Assembly: GCF_001194135.2 (NCBI RefSeq)
Contig: NC_068988.1
Coordinates: 28,678,586-28,742,585 of the forward strand
Source: Octopus bimaculoides
Taxonomy: Eukaryota
Direction: 5' to 3'
DNA length: 64,000 bases
Below, in pieces: positions 25,330 through 38,590 of this stretch (positions are counted from its first letter, which is position 1; each line of letters opens with the position of its first letter). Under the pieces are notes generated by a model. The model was given only the letters and a program-made list of their open reading frames with translations, searched no databases and had not been told where the DNA came from. The position numbers were made by a program, and so were the translations under genes.

Positions 25330-26400
25330 TTATCACAAACACTTATATTTTCCAAGTAAAGTGTTTTCAATCCATCAGTCTTGACATTTCAAAAATACTG
25401 AATGCATTGAAACTATACAATTTCTGCTTACTGGAGAATGGATACAAGGACACTGTTTTAAGTCAGGCAGTATTAATGGTGATATATGCAAATGACACTG
25501 AAACATGCTAGAACTACTCCTACAGAAAGCCCAACAAGGAAACTATATCCATAGAAACTTCAACCATCCTTCAACTGTATTTAGCAACCTAGTTACATGT
25601 ATTAGCAAAAGAATCTCTAACCTGTTGGTGGACAGAGAGAAATTTTCAGCAGGCTATATTCTATTAGAAGAAGGCACTAGCAAGGAGTGGATTTACTGGT
25701 AAGTTAGTGAATATAGAGTATCCCACTCTCCACCACAAACCCAAAGAGATTTAGAAAATTAAAGATTGTTTGGTTTAATCCTCCATTCAATCTAGATGTT
25801 TCCATTACAGTAGCTGGAAGCTACTTAGTGGTGATTAGACAGCATTTTCTAAGGACCCAGAGATATCATAAACTCTTTAACTCTCATGTGTTAATGTTAG
25901 ACAGTTTTACTTACAACATTGTACTTTACAACAGAGACAAATATGCAACTACACAGTCTTCACCCGACAACCAAACTTGTAACCTTAGAAATCTCATCAA
26001 CTGCCTACAGTGAAGATCTTGCTTTTCTCACACCATTTAATAGCATTACATGACAAAACATGGGTATAACAGCTATTGATTTCAAGGCAAGGTTTACACT
26101 ATATATGCATGTCTTCAGATGTAAGGACTGGGGAAAGCTTCACCTTCGTATATTGCTTCATCTGGAAACTGAAGAGTGAAAAGAAAACCAACTTCCTCAA
26201 TATTATGTGGAACATCCTTGACAGAATCCCTCCTTACTCAAAGATTATAATTGCCAACACAGGTGCTGTGAGAAATTACATATACTCAAACACCCTGCAG
26301 TATCCATCAACAGAAAAACTGATCTATCCTATTGTTGTCACTGTATATATACCCTGTCAATGAATTTTGTACCGTCTACTCTGATAGCCCAGAAATACCA
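25330..26400 (+). pseudogene. Penelope-like element fossil (RT C-terminal region, linker, GIY-YIG region)
   Basis: NYIHRNFNHPSTV..SKRISNL (25505 ORF), KIVWFNPPF..RQHF..YHKLFN (25762 on) and FIWKLK..IMWNILDRIPPYS (26076 ORF) match PLE motifs SNHPP, WFNPP and YIW.LK..KWSIL..A.PYS; many stops and frameshifts. Confidence 0.7.
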
Positions 26401-26767
26401 TCCTAGCTCTAGATGACACACACACTATTGCAAGATATATTATCGCTGTTGCCTACCATGCAATTATCTCCCATTCATTATGATATCACAGTGGCCTACT
26501 ATCAAAAGCCTATTTTTGTACCACACAGTTATACTTGACAGATAAACTAATATGTAACCCAACACCTCTAAATCTGTCATCTCTCCACTTAGTAAATGCA
26601 ACCACTCAAATATCATTCCCCCAGAATGCTGACTAATTGAGGCCGACCACATGGAGCATATAATGAAAGAATTGCTGTCACAAGCTAGCTAAAGTATCTG
26701 CAAGACCTGAACTGATCAAGGAAGGCCTAAATATTCTCAATGAGAACTTGTGTTAAAATTCCTTTAA

Positions 26768-26988
26768 CCCTTTCGTTACCAACCCGGCTGAAACCGGCTC
26801 TGGTTCTGTAGTACAAATGTCTTATTTTCATAAGTTTTGAATTAAAATCTTCCACCAAATCTTAGTCACAATTTATGTTCCTAACACTAGCTTAATGATA
26901 ACTAAGTTATTTTATTAAATTCTTTGTTATATTTAAAATAATTGAAAGAAACACGGAGCATCTCAAAATAAATGCAGTAAGGAAAAGG
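26768..26988. mobile_element. piggyBac-like MITE
   Basis: TTAA|CCCTTTCGTTAC..GTAAGGAAAAGG|TTAA: TTAA TSD at 26764-26767 and 26989-26992; 12-bp TIR with 2 mismatches. Confidence 0.75.
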
Positions 26989-27619
26989 TTAAAATTCCCT
27001 CTGCTTTGACTCCATAGGTCTGAGTATATTGATATGTTCTCTGCTCACCAAACTTTAAGTAATGAAGAGCTAAATGCATTGAGTGTTACTCTCTTTATTT
27101 GTTCAACAAATATACCCCCACCATATAAACCACATATTTTTTCCTTTCCCTTCTACATGTCTCTTCTGTATAAATATATGTGTATATATTCTTTTATAAG
27201 TTTCAACACGAAGGCTGTGGCCATGCTGATGAAGCTGAGATTTTGTTTCACTGCTTAAGTTTCAGTTGCAATAAAAAAAGAAAATTATATCCTTTACAAC
27301 ACGTATTGAACACTTCTCTTTCATTTGTTCAGCACCCCNNNNNNNNNNNNNNNNNNNNNNNNNNNNNNNNNNNNNNNNNNNNNNNNNNNNNNNNNNNNNN
27401 NNNNNNNNNNNNNNNNNNNNNNNNNNNNNNNNNNNNNNNNNNNNNNNNNNNNNNNNNNNNNNNNNNNNNNNNNNNNNNNNNNNNNNNNNNNNNNNNNNNN
27501 NNNNNNNNNNNNNNNNNNNNNNNNNNNNNNNNNNNNNNNNNNNNNNNNNNNNNNNNNNNNNNNNNNNNNNNNNNNNNNNNNNNNNNNNNNNNNNNNNNNN
27601 NNNNNNNNNNNNNNNNNNN

Positions 27620-27674
<55 letters not shown>

Positions 27675-28742
27675 GTATGTATATATATTATATATATGTA
27701 TGTATGTATAAAAATCCACTAATTCATGTATATATATATATATGTGTGTGAGTGTGTGTGTTTATGTGTATATAATTAATCCTCTTTTGCAATATTCTAA
27801 AGCACATGGTCACCCTTTTCTTTAATGTGCATGTCAGTCATTGTTGTTTTTGAGTTCATGAATGATTTCCCTCTTTTTTGACTAGTGTTGGATTTGGATA
27901 TAGAGTATGGTATTCTATACAGTATATATGTGATGTTGGGCAGATTCTAGAATATTGCTTTGAATAGATTCTGTAATATTATTTTCAGGTAAAGTATTTC
28001 ACATCCTTTAAACCTTTTAAAACTGATGTTGGTCCCTAATCAGTATCCTGGAGAAGGGTTATTGTGTGGAGCATATTAATTTGTGACATGTTCTTGGTAA
28101 GTAAGTGTTAGTGTGGCCGAGTGAATAGTTAGTGTTTTGTGAAAGTGGGAGTGACAAACACACACATATTCACGCATATATATTAGCAATACAGCTGCAC
28201 TTATGCATAACCCATGCACATACCCATGTAATATCACATTTGATGGCATAAAAGGTGCATGGATGTATTAGATGCACCCTAGTTTCAGCAGCACATATTG
28301 AGGAAATAAAGTTTTTTTGTGCATTGAAGCATGTAATATTTAAAGCAATCCAGCAGTGCATTACAAATCATTGCAGTACAAATAATAATACTTATGTTTA
28401 TGTAAATATTATTATTACGGAGTCAGACAAGGTAGAAGAGACTGTCTGGATTAAAATTAACCTCTGGGAGTGAGTGTCAGGGACAAAATTAGCTTAGGGG
28501 AGGTCCAACTCTGTATATAGGACCCAGGATGATTGTTTTGAGACATGTTTTGGGGAAAAAAGTGCTTCTTATATGCCTTCAAATATGGTAAATTATTCAC
28601 TATTTGGATCCATAAAGATCTATATATTAATTAATATTGAAATACTGTACTTCTCAAGTTTTCACTCTTATAATGATATTTTTTGATTATTATTGTTTTC
28701 TTTTTCTTTTTTTTCAGATGTCTTGGCACTTTGGTTGGAGGA

Positions 28743-30497
28743 ATGGAGAATACAAGTTCCCAGCAAATTTTTTGCCCCATTAATACATTAACAATAGCAA
28801 TCCAGCCCTCTGCTAGTATGCCGAGCAACCCACAACCCAATATGCTGCAGTCGACGCAGACATATACAACAATGCGTCAGGCAACAGTACCCACTGAACA
28901 GATTTTTAATTCTCAAGGCCAGTCTTCTGCTACAAGAACTAATAGTCGTGCCAGTAATGGGTTTGAGCTGTCTCGTTTACCAGGAACTTATGCTAATGGT
29001 ATCAATGTAGGTTCTGCTGCCAATTTTACAACTTCAGATGTTAACCAAATTGTTACATCTGGGAAACAGTCATATATAACAACAGGGCTACCAAATATCA
29101 CCAGTCTGAGTGATCCAATCCACTTTCTTCCTTCAACATCTCTAAATACCTGTGCCCCAGGATCCTTCATTGAGAAGATTGAGCGTTTACCAAGCTTTAG
29201 CACAATTGTTGCCTCAGCAGCTTCCACAAACCCTATGATAGGTTTACAATGCCAGTTCCCCAATGTTGCACAATCTTCAATTGAACAGCTAACATCAACA
29301 TCCTCCACATCATTACCTGTCCAGACCAATAACACCAATGCCACCATGCTGACAACTACCAACATTCCTGTTTCCAGCACACCATCACAAGTTGACAGCT
29401 TCCAGTCTGTTTCACCTAATTTTACAAACTACTATGCTGGCCGTAACACACAGCAGCAGCAGCTACACCATCAAACTGTGATTCAGCATCTTCCTGCTGG
29501 AACATCAAAGGTGATCACTTCACAGGGGGCTGTCACAGACGGGTCGGTCTCTCAGCTGTCATGTTCACCTTCTTTGTCAACAAGCCCTGCTCAGTCTCCG
29601 ATATCAATTTCATCCCCTTATCCAAATAACACGAAATCTAGATCCTCTTCTTCTGTTGTCTCTTTGTCTGTTTGCATGGGTGGTCAGATGAGCTCAAATG
29701 TTACCAATGAAGACTGTCTTACAAAGGCATCTAAAATATCTCATGGTAAGATAACTATGGAACACCCAGATAATTCTGTTAGCAAGAACAAAGTCTTGAA
29801 GTCTGATAAGCTAGGTGAAATCTGTGAGCAAAATATTTCTAAGTTAAAATGTAAATTCTCTCAGCCGTCTTTACAACAGCAGTCTACGCTGTCTTCAAAT
29901 GCTGTTCACCAAATATCTGCTGGTAACCTCAACAAAATGATAGAAAAGACTTGCAAACAAACTCAGAAGATTGCTATATCTGACCAGGTTTCGAAACCTT
30001 GCACAAGAAACTCAGTTAAAAATAGTGCAGCCAAGAAAGAAATTGTCATTGTTGCTCCATCTCAGCTGACCATGGTGGCAAAGCCAGATGCTGCTCCACT
30101 TTATGTGGACGCCACTGGTCAAGCACCTGTGATGGCTAACCAAACCAACAGTAATGAAAAGTCTAAGGGAGTTCAGTTTTTTGTTATGGGTGCATTGGAA
30201 GGAAAAGCGACTTGTATGGATAACTTTCCATATCATGACACTCCTCCGGAAATGGAATCTGCAATTGCTGATCTTCCGCTCACGTTTGACAGGCAGCCGA
30301 CTGTTGATGGTATTTTGATGAAATCCCATGCAATGCCAATTTCTTTTGATCTTTTGAGTAAGGAACATCTTGAGTTTGTGTCATGTGACAGTGAGAAGGT
30401 GAAGCAAGAACCAGCAGACAAGAGAGTGGATGATACTCAGAGCCAGCCTGCAGACTTTCAGCTTTTACTTCAGCAGCAGCAGCAGCAACAACAACAA

Positions 30498-30574
<77 letters not shown>

Positions 30575-31001
30575 ACAACAACAACAGCAACAACAACAAC
30601 AACAGCAACAACAACAACAACAACAACAACAATTAACTCTGCAGCAATCTGTACAACAGATTCAAACTGTGCAACAACCTCAGCAGGTTTCCATACAACA
30701 ACCAACACAACAAACACTTCAGCAGTTTCAGTCATTTACACCTGAACAATTTCAAGGGGCACAATTCCGACAGTTACAGCCCCAACAGACTGATTTTCAA
30801 CAACTGCAAGCCTCTGGCCAACAGCAGCAACAGCAGCAGCCACCACAACAACAACAACAACAACAACAGGTGGTAGCCCAGCCCCAGCCTCAGTTGCAAT
30901 TAAACATGTTAATATTTGCAGATGCACAAACACAAATACAACAGCAACAAGATAATTTAGCACAGTTTACACAGCAAGTGCAGCAAGCATCTCAGCAATT
31001 G

Positions 31002-31039
<38 letters not shown>

Positions 31040-32303
31040 GCAGCAACAGCAACCGCAGCCACAATCTCATATAGTACCGCAGCAGATTCATCAACAGATT
31101 CAACCATCTCCTGGTCAACAACAGCCCCAAGTTGCTAGTACAGTTGTCACTGTGCAGCAACCCCTTCTCTCCCCTTGTCCCCAAATTAACCCAGTACTTC
31201 CCCTTGAAACATCAGCTAATGCCCGTAAAAGCCCTCGTCAAAAACAGGCAATGAATTTCATGGAGTCTGCGGCAAAAGCAGTCGTCACAACCACAGTTGT
31301 TGACAGCGCCACCTTTGTGACTGTTTCAATCCGGAATAATCGCAAGGTGCCACTGGCAGCCCAAGCTAAAACTAATACCACAAATAGCAACCTTGCATCT
31401 GGAGGTCTGCCATCCGTGTCTCAATGGTCAGGAGAGACGACGTCTGCTTCAGTGAAGCGAAAACATTCTGACTGCAGTGATATTGCTGAGTCTGAAGGCA
31501 GCGATGTAGATAGTGGTGAGGACAAAAGAGATGATGGTGGGGACTTATCCCTCGAGGATAACCAGGAGTCCAATTTGTACACGCTTAAACCTCCATCTGT
31601 TCTACCCAACCTTAGCAATCTTGGCTCCCCAGCACCTCCAGCCACTCCTGCTGCACTATCAGTGGAAAACATTGAAACTAAGGACATCAAAGAAGAATTA
31701 GATCGGACAGAAGTGGAGATTCGCATCGATGATTCTCAGTGTGTTCTCCATGGTGAGCAAAAGCGATGGCAGTGCTGTCATTGTCCAAAATCCTACACTA
31801 CAAAACATAACTTGGTGACCCATATTCTTGACCATCAGGGTATTAAACCCCACTTATGTATGATCTGTCATAAGTATTTCAAGCAGTTGAGCCATCTAAA
31901 TACACATATGCTGACCCATGAGAACATCAAACCTCATGTATGTCAGATATGTAAGAAAGGTTTCACACAGATTTCTCATCTGAAACGGCATCAAGCTGTG
32001 CACTTGGACAGTAAACCTCACTTGTGTGATAAATGTAATCGCGGCTTTGCTTACCCAAGTGAGCTACGAGTGCACAAAGAGAAACATGATCTTGGTCGGG
32101 ACAAATGTCACGACTGTGGGGAGGACTTTTCTAGTCAGCGACTTCTTCGACAACATCAGGTGAAGCATGAGCACCGGGACGACTTAACTTGTAAAATATG
32201 CACAAAAATATTCCGATATCCAAGTCAATTAAAGGATCATATGATTACTCATTCTGGTACACGACCTCATATTTGCCCTGAATGTGGAATGGATTTCATG
32301 AAG
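28743..32303 (+). CDS. ZNF366: ZNF366/ZNF710-family C2H2 zinc-finger TF, coding exon 1 (S/T/Q-rich N-terminus, polyQ, fingers 1-6 and first half of finger 7)
   Basis: Acceptor TTTTTTTCAG at 28717; ATG 28743 in GGAGGAATGG context; donor AAG|GTAAGA at 32303. IRIDDS..QKRWQC..KSYTTKHNLVTHIL.H.GIKPH, FKQLSHL.THMLTH, FTQ.SHLKRH, RGFAYPSEL, F.YPSQL and CPECGMDF match human ZNF366/ZNF710 fingers as recalled. Probably the single pro-ortholog of both. Confidence 0.9.
30471..30632 (+). repeat. 54-codon CAG/CAA polyglutamine tract
   Basis: 162 nt of CAG/CAA in frame, including four exact CAGCAGCAACAACAA units at 30510-30569. Confidence 0.95.
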
Positions 32304-32829
32304 GTAAGATTTCAATTTGGGTTGTTTTATTGCTTTACTTCTGTAGCTTAAAACGTGTAATTCCTCGATCATATAATGGCTTAGTGTTGCTGGCAGAAGG
32401 AATCATTTTTGTTTTCATTTTACATGTTACTACTGTTGTTTCTTTCTTTCCTGTATAACTGATATATTAATCACATCCAGTCACAAAAAAATCTACACCA
32501 GTTTCATCTGGCATGATTGATATATGGTTATGTTCTAGTTTTGTCTGTTAATCTTCCTATCACATGCTTTCTTTCCATACATTCTAGGTAGAAAAAACAT
32601 GCCAGTTACATAATATTCGTAGTGTTTTTACAGCAGTTTTCTATAGTTCCCATGGTCTCTGTACAAGTAGGTGAACTTCTCCCGTAAGTGATATAGCGAG
32701 TGTGGCATATATATTTTACCCATTGTTCATTTTATCATAAATTAAAAGGTTTTAGGTTTTGGTTAATGAAAGTTTACAGATTTATTGTTATATTTATTGA
32801 CAATATTTTGCATATATTTGCAATTGAGC

Positions 32830-33140
32830 AAAGTGTCTTCTACTTCAACTTTGGGCTAACCAAAGCTTTGTGAGTGGATTTAGTAAACGGAAACTAAAAG
32901 AAGCCCTTAGTATATATATGTGTGTGTGTTTGTCCCCCACCACCGCTTCACAACTGATGTTGGTGTGTTTACATCCCTGTAACTTAGTGGTTTGGCAAAA
33001 AGACTCATAGAATAAGTACCAGGCTTAAAAAAAATTTAGTACTGGTGTCAATTCATTTGACAAAAAAGATTCTTCAAGGTGGTACTCCAGCATGGCCACA
33101 GTCTAATGACCAAAACAAGTAAAAGAGAAAAGATAAAAAG
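32830..33140 (+). mobile_element. SINE family A, 5'-truncated, CpG-decayed
   Basis: GCAAAGTGTCTTCTACT..CCAGCATGGCCACAGTCTAATGACCAAAACAAGTAAAAGAG; most CpGs seen in the 14252 copy are TG/CA here. Confidence 0.8.
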
Positions 33141-35760
33141 ATAATTCAAAATAGCCCCCTTTCAAATACCAACCATTCAACTATGAAATAAAGGAGCTGC
33201 CTACTTTCTGTTACGTTGACTGTAGCAAGAAAGATAAATATGGCAGGCCATATAGACATGGAAACATGTTGCAGTGTTTGCTTGCTTGAAGATGTATAGT
33301 TATAGGGATGGTGGATGGTGTTTCTTGTCATTACAACTAAAATACAATCACTAAATAGTTGCTGATACAAGGCATGTTCTTAAAGCTTATTAGCGAGCCT
33401 CCGAGTTGAGTAAGTGAAAGCTATTTATTCATAACAATCTGATAAAAGACAAGTTCATATTTTTTCTGCTTGTGGTTTTTTTTTTCTTATGTCTTAGAAG
33501 AAACAGTAAATCTTAAGTATGACATTTTGCATTGGTTAATGTAAGATGTCACTTTTGACATTTGCAAAGAATAAGAGACTTTTCCAAGTTTGTTTTGTTT
33601 TCATTATTGATATGCTGTATTTATATTAGAAATATCTGCTAGACACTAATAAACTAGTTGTCCTTCATATATGAATAGGTTGTCTTTAGATATTAATAGG
33701 TTTGAAGCAGTAGGTATTGTGAAAACTTATCTCACTTTCAGTCAGTTGCTGTAAATGTTTATCTATAAAGGATAACATTTTCCAGGTTGCTAGAATACCA
33801 ACATCGTCGAGACATAGATTCTTAATATACCATAGTATTTAAACTGAATTGCTTGGTAACTGCAATGTGAATGATGTTATTTAAATCTTCAAGTAGTGGA
33901 ATTAGTATGAAGGTTAGGAGGAATAGAGTTAAGTCTCAGCTAGTTTAATCCATGCATTATACATATTTGATGTATGGTTGTTGTTGTTGTTGAGCTCTCA
34001 AGATTCTTATTGAGCAAAAAACCATGATCAAATCCTCAAAGGCATTCCAGCAATCACTGCTCTGTCCCCTTTTCCCCAGCCCCTCTCAGTGTTAATTTGT
34101 TTAGAACCACACCGTCCAATGTGTTTTACTATATTACCAAACAACAGGGGTTAATTTGATGAGGTTTTGGCCTGTTATTTCTAGTAGGTTGATCCAACTG
34201 TATAGAGGAGTCTTTATCTAGATCTAATGACATGAAATTTTGGCTCATTTGTTTTCTACAAATTCATGATTGAAGTTGAGATTTATTTAGTAGACGTCTC
34301 ATACTTTCTGCCAACCTTAGAAGTAAAAAGAAAAAAGAAAAAACATTCCCCTTTTATGTTGTGACTTCAATAGCAGCACTCAATATTTTCTGCAACAATA
34401 AAGAACTGGTATTTTCATTTTGCATATTACTTTCATATATTAAAGTTTAAATAATAAATCTTTTGCAATCACAGTTTCCATTATTGATATTGATCACAGA
34501 TGATTATTGGTTAACATTAAACTATTTTTAAGCTGAACTTTGAAAGCAGTATGTTCTTGTTTTTGTGGAAGATTGGAAATGAAGGATATTGTTTGTATGA
34601 CAGTGACGCTTGTTTACAGCAGTCACGCAATGTCAAGACAAGGAGACACCAACTCTCACATGCATACATACGTACATGCATATATACACACGTACATGCA
34701 CATACACACACATGCACACACGTACACACACACATGCACACACACACACTCTCTCTCTCTCACACACACACACACTCCTTTTATTTTCTGTCAGCCAAAT
34801 CCACTCGCAAGGCTTTTGTTGGCTTGGGACATTTGTAGAGGACATTTGCCCTTGATTCTAAGTGGGATTGAACCTAGAACGAAGTGGTTGGCAAACAAAG
34901 CTTCTTAACTACACAACCAACCACGGATAAATAAACTCAACTGAAATGATTTGAATGTTGATTAAGTGATGTTGTTAGAGGCAACATTACAATTTCATAA
35001 TATTTCTTCTGACATTCATTAAAAATAAAATAACTTAATGATTACTATTGACCACAAATATTGTTTTATTGATTTCTCTGTATCTGTATTCCTACCATCA
35101 AATATGATTTTCAATGGAAAAGTTGTTTTGGTATTGATATCTCTTATACTGATTTGTAATACTATCATTGCTTTCGCAAACACCATTATAAGTTTTATAC
35201 AAGGTATTTTCTGATAAGGGTGCAGACAAGACTGTGTGTTAAGAGGCATGTGGTTTTGGGTTCGAACCTACTGTGTGGCACCTTAGGCAAGTGTCTTCAA
35301 CCAATTGCCTTGTGAGGGAACATCATCGTCATCATCATCATCGTTTAATGTCTGCCTTCCATGCTGGCATGGGTAGGATGGTTTGACTGAGGACTGGCAA
35401 GTTGGGAGGCTGCTCCAGGCTCCAATCTCATCTGGAAAGGTTTCTACAGCTGGATGCCCTTCCTAACACCAACCACTTCGAGAGTGTAGTGGGTGCTTTT
35501 TATGCGCTACCAGCATGGGAGCCAGTCAGGTGGCACTTGCATCGACCATGCTCAAGTGGCGCTTTTTTACAGGCCACTGGCACTAGAGCTAGTCAAGCGG
35601 CACTGGCATCGACTACTCTCGAATGGTGCTTTTTTACATGCTACAGGCACAACAGCTAGTCAAGCATCACTGGCATCAACCATGCTTGAATGGTGCTTTT
35701 TACATGCCACCGGTACAGGACATACATGGAAATTGTATGGAAGCCCATCATATATATGCA

Positions 35761-35764
<4 letters not shown>

Positions 35765-35830
<66 letters not shown>
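35765..35830. repeat. (TG)n microsatellite
   Basis: Uninterrupted TG run; similar runs at 36893-36937, 52079-52153 (CA) and many (TA)n runs at gap edges. Confidence 0.95.
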
Positions 35831-35834
<4 letters not shown>

Positions 35835-36721
35835 TGTGTGTATTGTGTTGCTCTCCCCATCACTTAACCGGTATTAGTTGATGATGGTTGTGGTGGCAAC
35901 GGCCACCACAACCATCATCAACATCTGTCTTCTATGCTGGCATAGGTTGGACAGTTTGACAAGATCTGATGGGCCCAAAGACTGCATCAACCTCCAATAT
36001 CTGCTTTGGCATGGTTTTTATGGTTGGACACCCTTCCTAATGCTAACCATTTCACAGAGGTAACAGGGTGATTTTCTTGTGACACCAGCACTAGCGAGGT
36101 TTCCATGCAGCTTGCAAGACTATGAACCCCAGGAGGAGTAACTTTATGCTAGGAGATAAAAAGTAGCGAGGGATAAAGTAATAGAGTAAAGAGTGTATTT
36201 GGATAGTCATTGAGATTTACTAATTCAGAGAGTGTGTCAATGAAAGATTGCTTTAGTTGCTATATTTCTCTTTGAAATATATCATGCATTCATAAATTCT
36301 TATCTCTCTTTGATTGTGAAACTCCTATTCATTATTTGATTGCCTCCAATCGGATACTTGTAATTCTTTGTTGGTAACACTCTGTCAGACATCAATAAAT
36401 TAATGTTCAGAATCAGGTAGACAAGGAAAAAAAAAGCCAGTTATTGCTATGCGACACGTTAATGGTTCAATAACGATCAGGTGATATTATTGAAAAATTC
36501 TATTAATGATATTTAAATGTTTTCATATTTATGTCTCTGCTGTTAATTCTTACTGCCATCATATTAAAACAGTAGATACTGTCATAGCTTTTCCTTCCAA
36601 AATATTGGAAATTTTTTTTATTGATCTCTGAATGTCTAGCTTGTTTGCTTGCTTGTTTGTTTTATGTTTGTTTTTGCATAGTAGCATGGGTTAGATGAAT
36701 ACATATTATTGCGGTGCGGTT

Positions 36722-36888
36722 GTAGGTGCAGGTGTGACTGTGTGGTTAAGAAGTTTACTTTTCAACCATGTGGTCTCAGGTTCAGTCCAACTGCACAGCA
36801 CCTTGGACAAGCAAGTGTCTTCTGTTATAGCTCCAGGCCAGTCAAAGCCTTGTGAGTGGATTTGTTAGATGGAAACTGAAAGAGACTC

Positions 36889-36890
<2 letters not shown>
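36722..36890 (+). mobile_element. SINE family A 5' half
   Basis: GGTGCAGGTGTGACTGTGTGGTTAAG..GGTTCAGTCC..CACCTTGGACAAG..GGAAACTGAAAGA. Confidence 0.8.
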
Positions 36891-36939
<49 letters not shown>

Positions 36940-38353
36940 CTTTAGGTATGTGTGTGTTCCTTCTTTTTGACCAAGTTTCACAACCAGATGGACATCAACC
37001 AGGTGTCCCCTTTGCAGCATGAATTGGGTACATTTTATTGAGCCACCTTAACTAGAGATATTATCTGTGACCGGATTGAAACATGCTCTGTACCCCATGT
37101 CACTTCTAATTTAGGGGTTACTATGCTCCTAGATGAATTGCCTGTGATGCAGCTTGCAATGGTTACATCTCTGTACTTTTCATTTTCATCACATCAAGTA
37201 AACTGCCCCTCTGGTGTAGTTTTTTGACTGCACACTGTGCGCATTATTCCAGTTCACTTTGTGCATTGTTCCAGGGTTGGTTCATTGTAGAGTTGTTCAA
37301 CAGGACAAAATGCTTGGTGGAATTTCTTTTGGCTCTTTATGTTCTGAGTTCAAATGTTATCAGAATTGATTTTGATTTTCATCCTTTTGGAGTCAATAGA
37401 ACAAATATCAGCTAAGCACTGGGGTCATTGACTTCTCTCTCTCTTCAAAATGGCTGGCCTTGTACCAAAATTAGAAAGAAATACTTCTTCAGCTTACTAA
37501 TGTCTGAAATCTCAGAGCTAATCGATGGTTATTGTCTGATATTGGCTTTTTTTATGTTTGTAGTTGAAACTTTTGAGTTGCCTGAGCAAACAGAAAATAT
37601 GTAAAGCAAAATGATGAATCATAATCACAACTGCTGTATCCCACTGTTTGTCAATTTCCTTTGCTGTATTTTTTAATGTTAAAAATGTATTATTATTGAA
37701 TATAATCAATAAAACACAATCTCCATCAGTTGATCCAATCTCATCGACTGGTTAACTAACTATATCTAGCACACGCAGCCATGTCTCAGCCTGTGTGAAT
37801 GATTATTTTAAACAATATTATTGTTAGATTACATTTAGTAACTGCTTTTGTTAGGTTGCAGTGAGTATTACTAATGTCTTTCTACATAAGATATATTAAT
37901 ATTCAGAGGCTATGTGGTAAGAAGTTTGCTTCTCAATCAAATTGTTTTGGGTTCAGTCCTACTGTGTAGCACAATGGGCAAATCTCTTTTACTATTGCTC
38001 CAGACTGACCAAAGGCCTTATGAGTGGATTTGGAAGATAGAAACTGAAAGAAACTTGTCCTTTTATTTATATATGACAAGGTGGTGTTCTAGCATGACCG
38101 TAGTCCAACGACTGGATCTAGTAAAGGAGTAAAGGGATAAATATGTGTGTGTGTGTGTGTATGTGAAGGTGTGTGGCTTAGTGTTTAGGGGTGTTGCCCT
38201 TGTGATTGTAAGATTGTGGTTTTGATTCCTGGACCAGGTGACGCGTTGTGTGTTCTTGAGCAAAACACTTCATTTCAGGTTGCTCCAGCTAGCAAAAATA
38301 AGTATTCCTGTGATAGTCTGTTGTTTGATTCCATCCAGAATGGGAATATATAT

Positions 38354-38590
38354 AATCTACCTCAACAAATTCTCAATGAGCATTAAAACAATAGTGGTGG
38401 TCGTGATGATGATGATGAGGAGGAGGAGGAGGAGGAGACTGGGATATAATAGCTTCATAGCTTTTTTTTGTATTCTCTGATCACTGCTTTTGGTAATAAC
38501 TTTGTTTTTGGCAAAATCACTTGACATGCACTTGAGACAGTCTGGAACACGAATAAGTTGTGTAAGATTATAATAATAACTCCAGGGTAT
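38354..38590 (+). repeat. Upstream copy of a ~237-bp direct duplication
   Basis: AATCTACCTCAAC..ACTCCAGGGTAT is repeated at 39170-39406, differing only in the GGT/GAT/GAG microsatellite. Confidence 0.9.

Noticed and set aside
27989-28100. Possible extra exon (TTTTCAG|..|GTAAGT) that could restore the frame
   Set aside because: It has TAA in the phase-0 frame and its lengths (108 or 112 nt) do not give the needed 3n+2; at most an untranslated exon, unsupported.
28683-28742. ORF-track N-terminus MIIIVFFFFFFRCLG.. starting at 28683
   Set aside because: It starts at TTG inside the intron polypyrimidine tract; the acceptor is at 28717 and the first in-frame ATG is 28743.
30280-30735. Antisense V/A-rich ORFs over the polyQ and acidic exons (also 49628-50485)
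   Set aside because: Mirror frames of triplet repeats; no independent coding signal.
32304-32351. ORF-track C-terminus VRFQFGLFYCFTSVA*
   Set aside because: Intron read-through; finger 7 is completed only by splicing to 41530.
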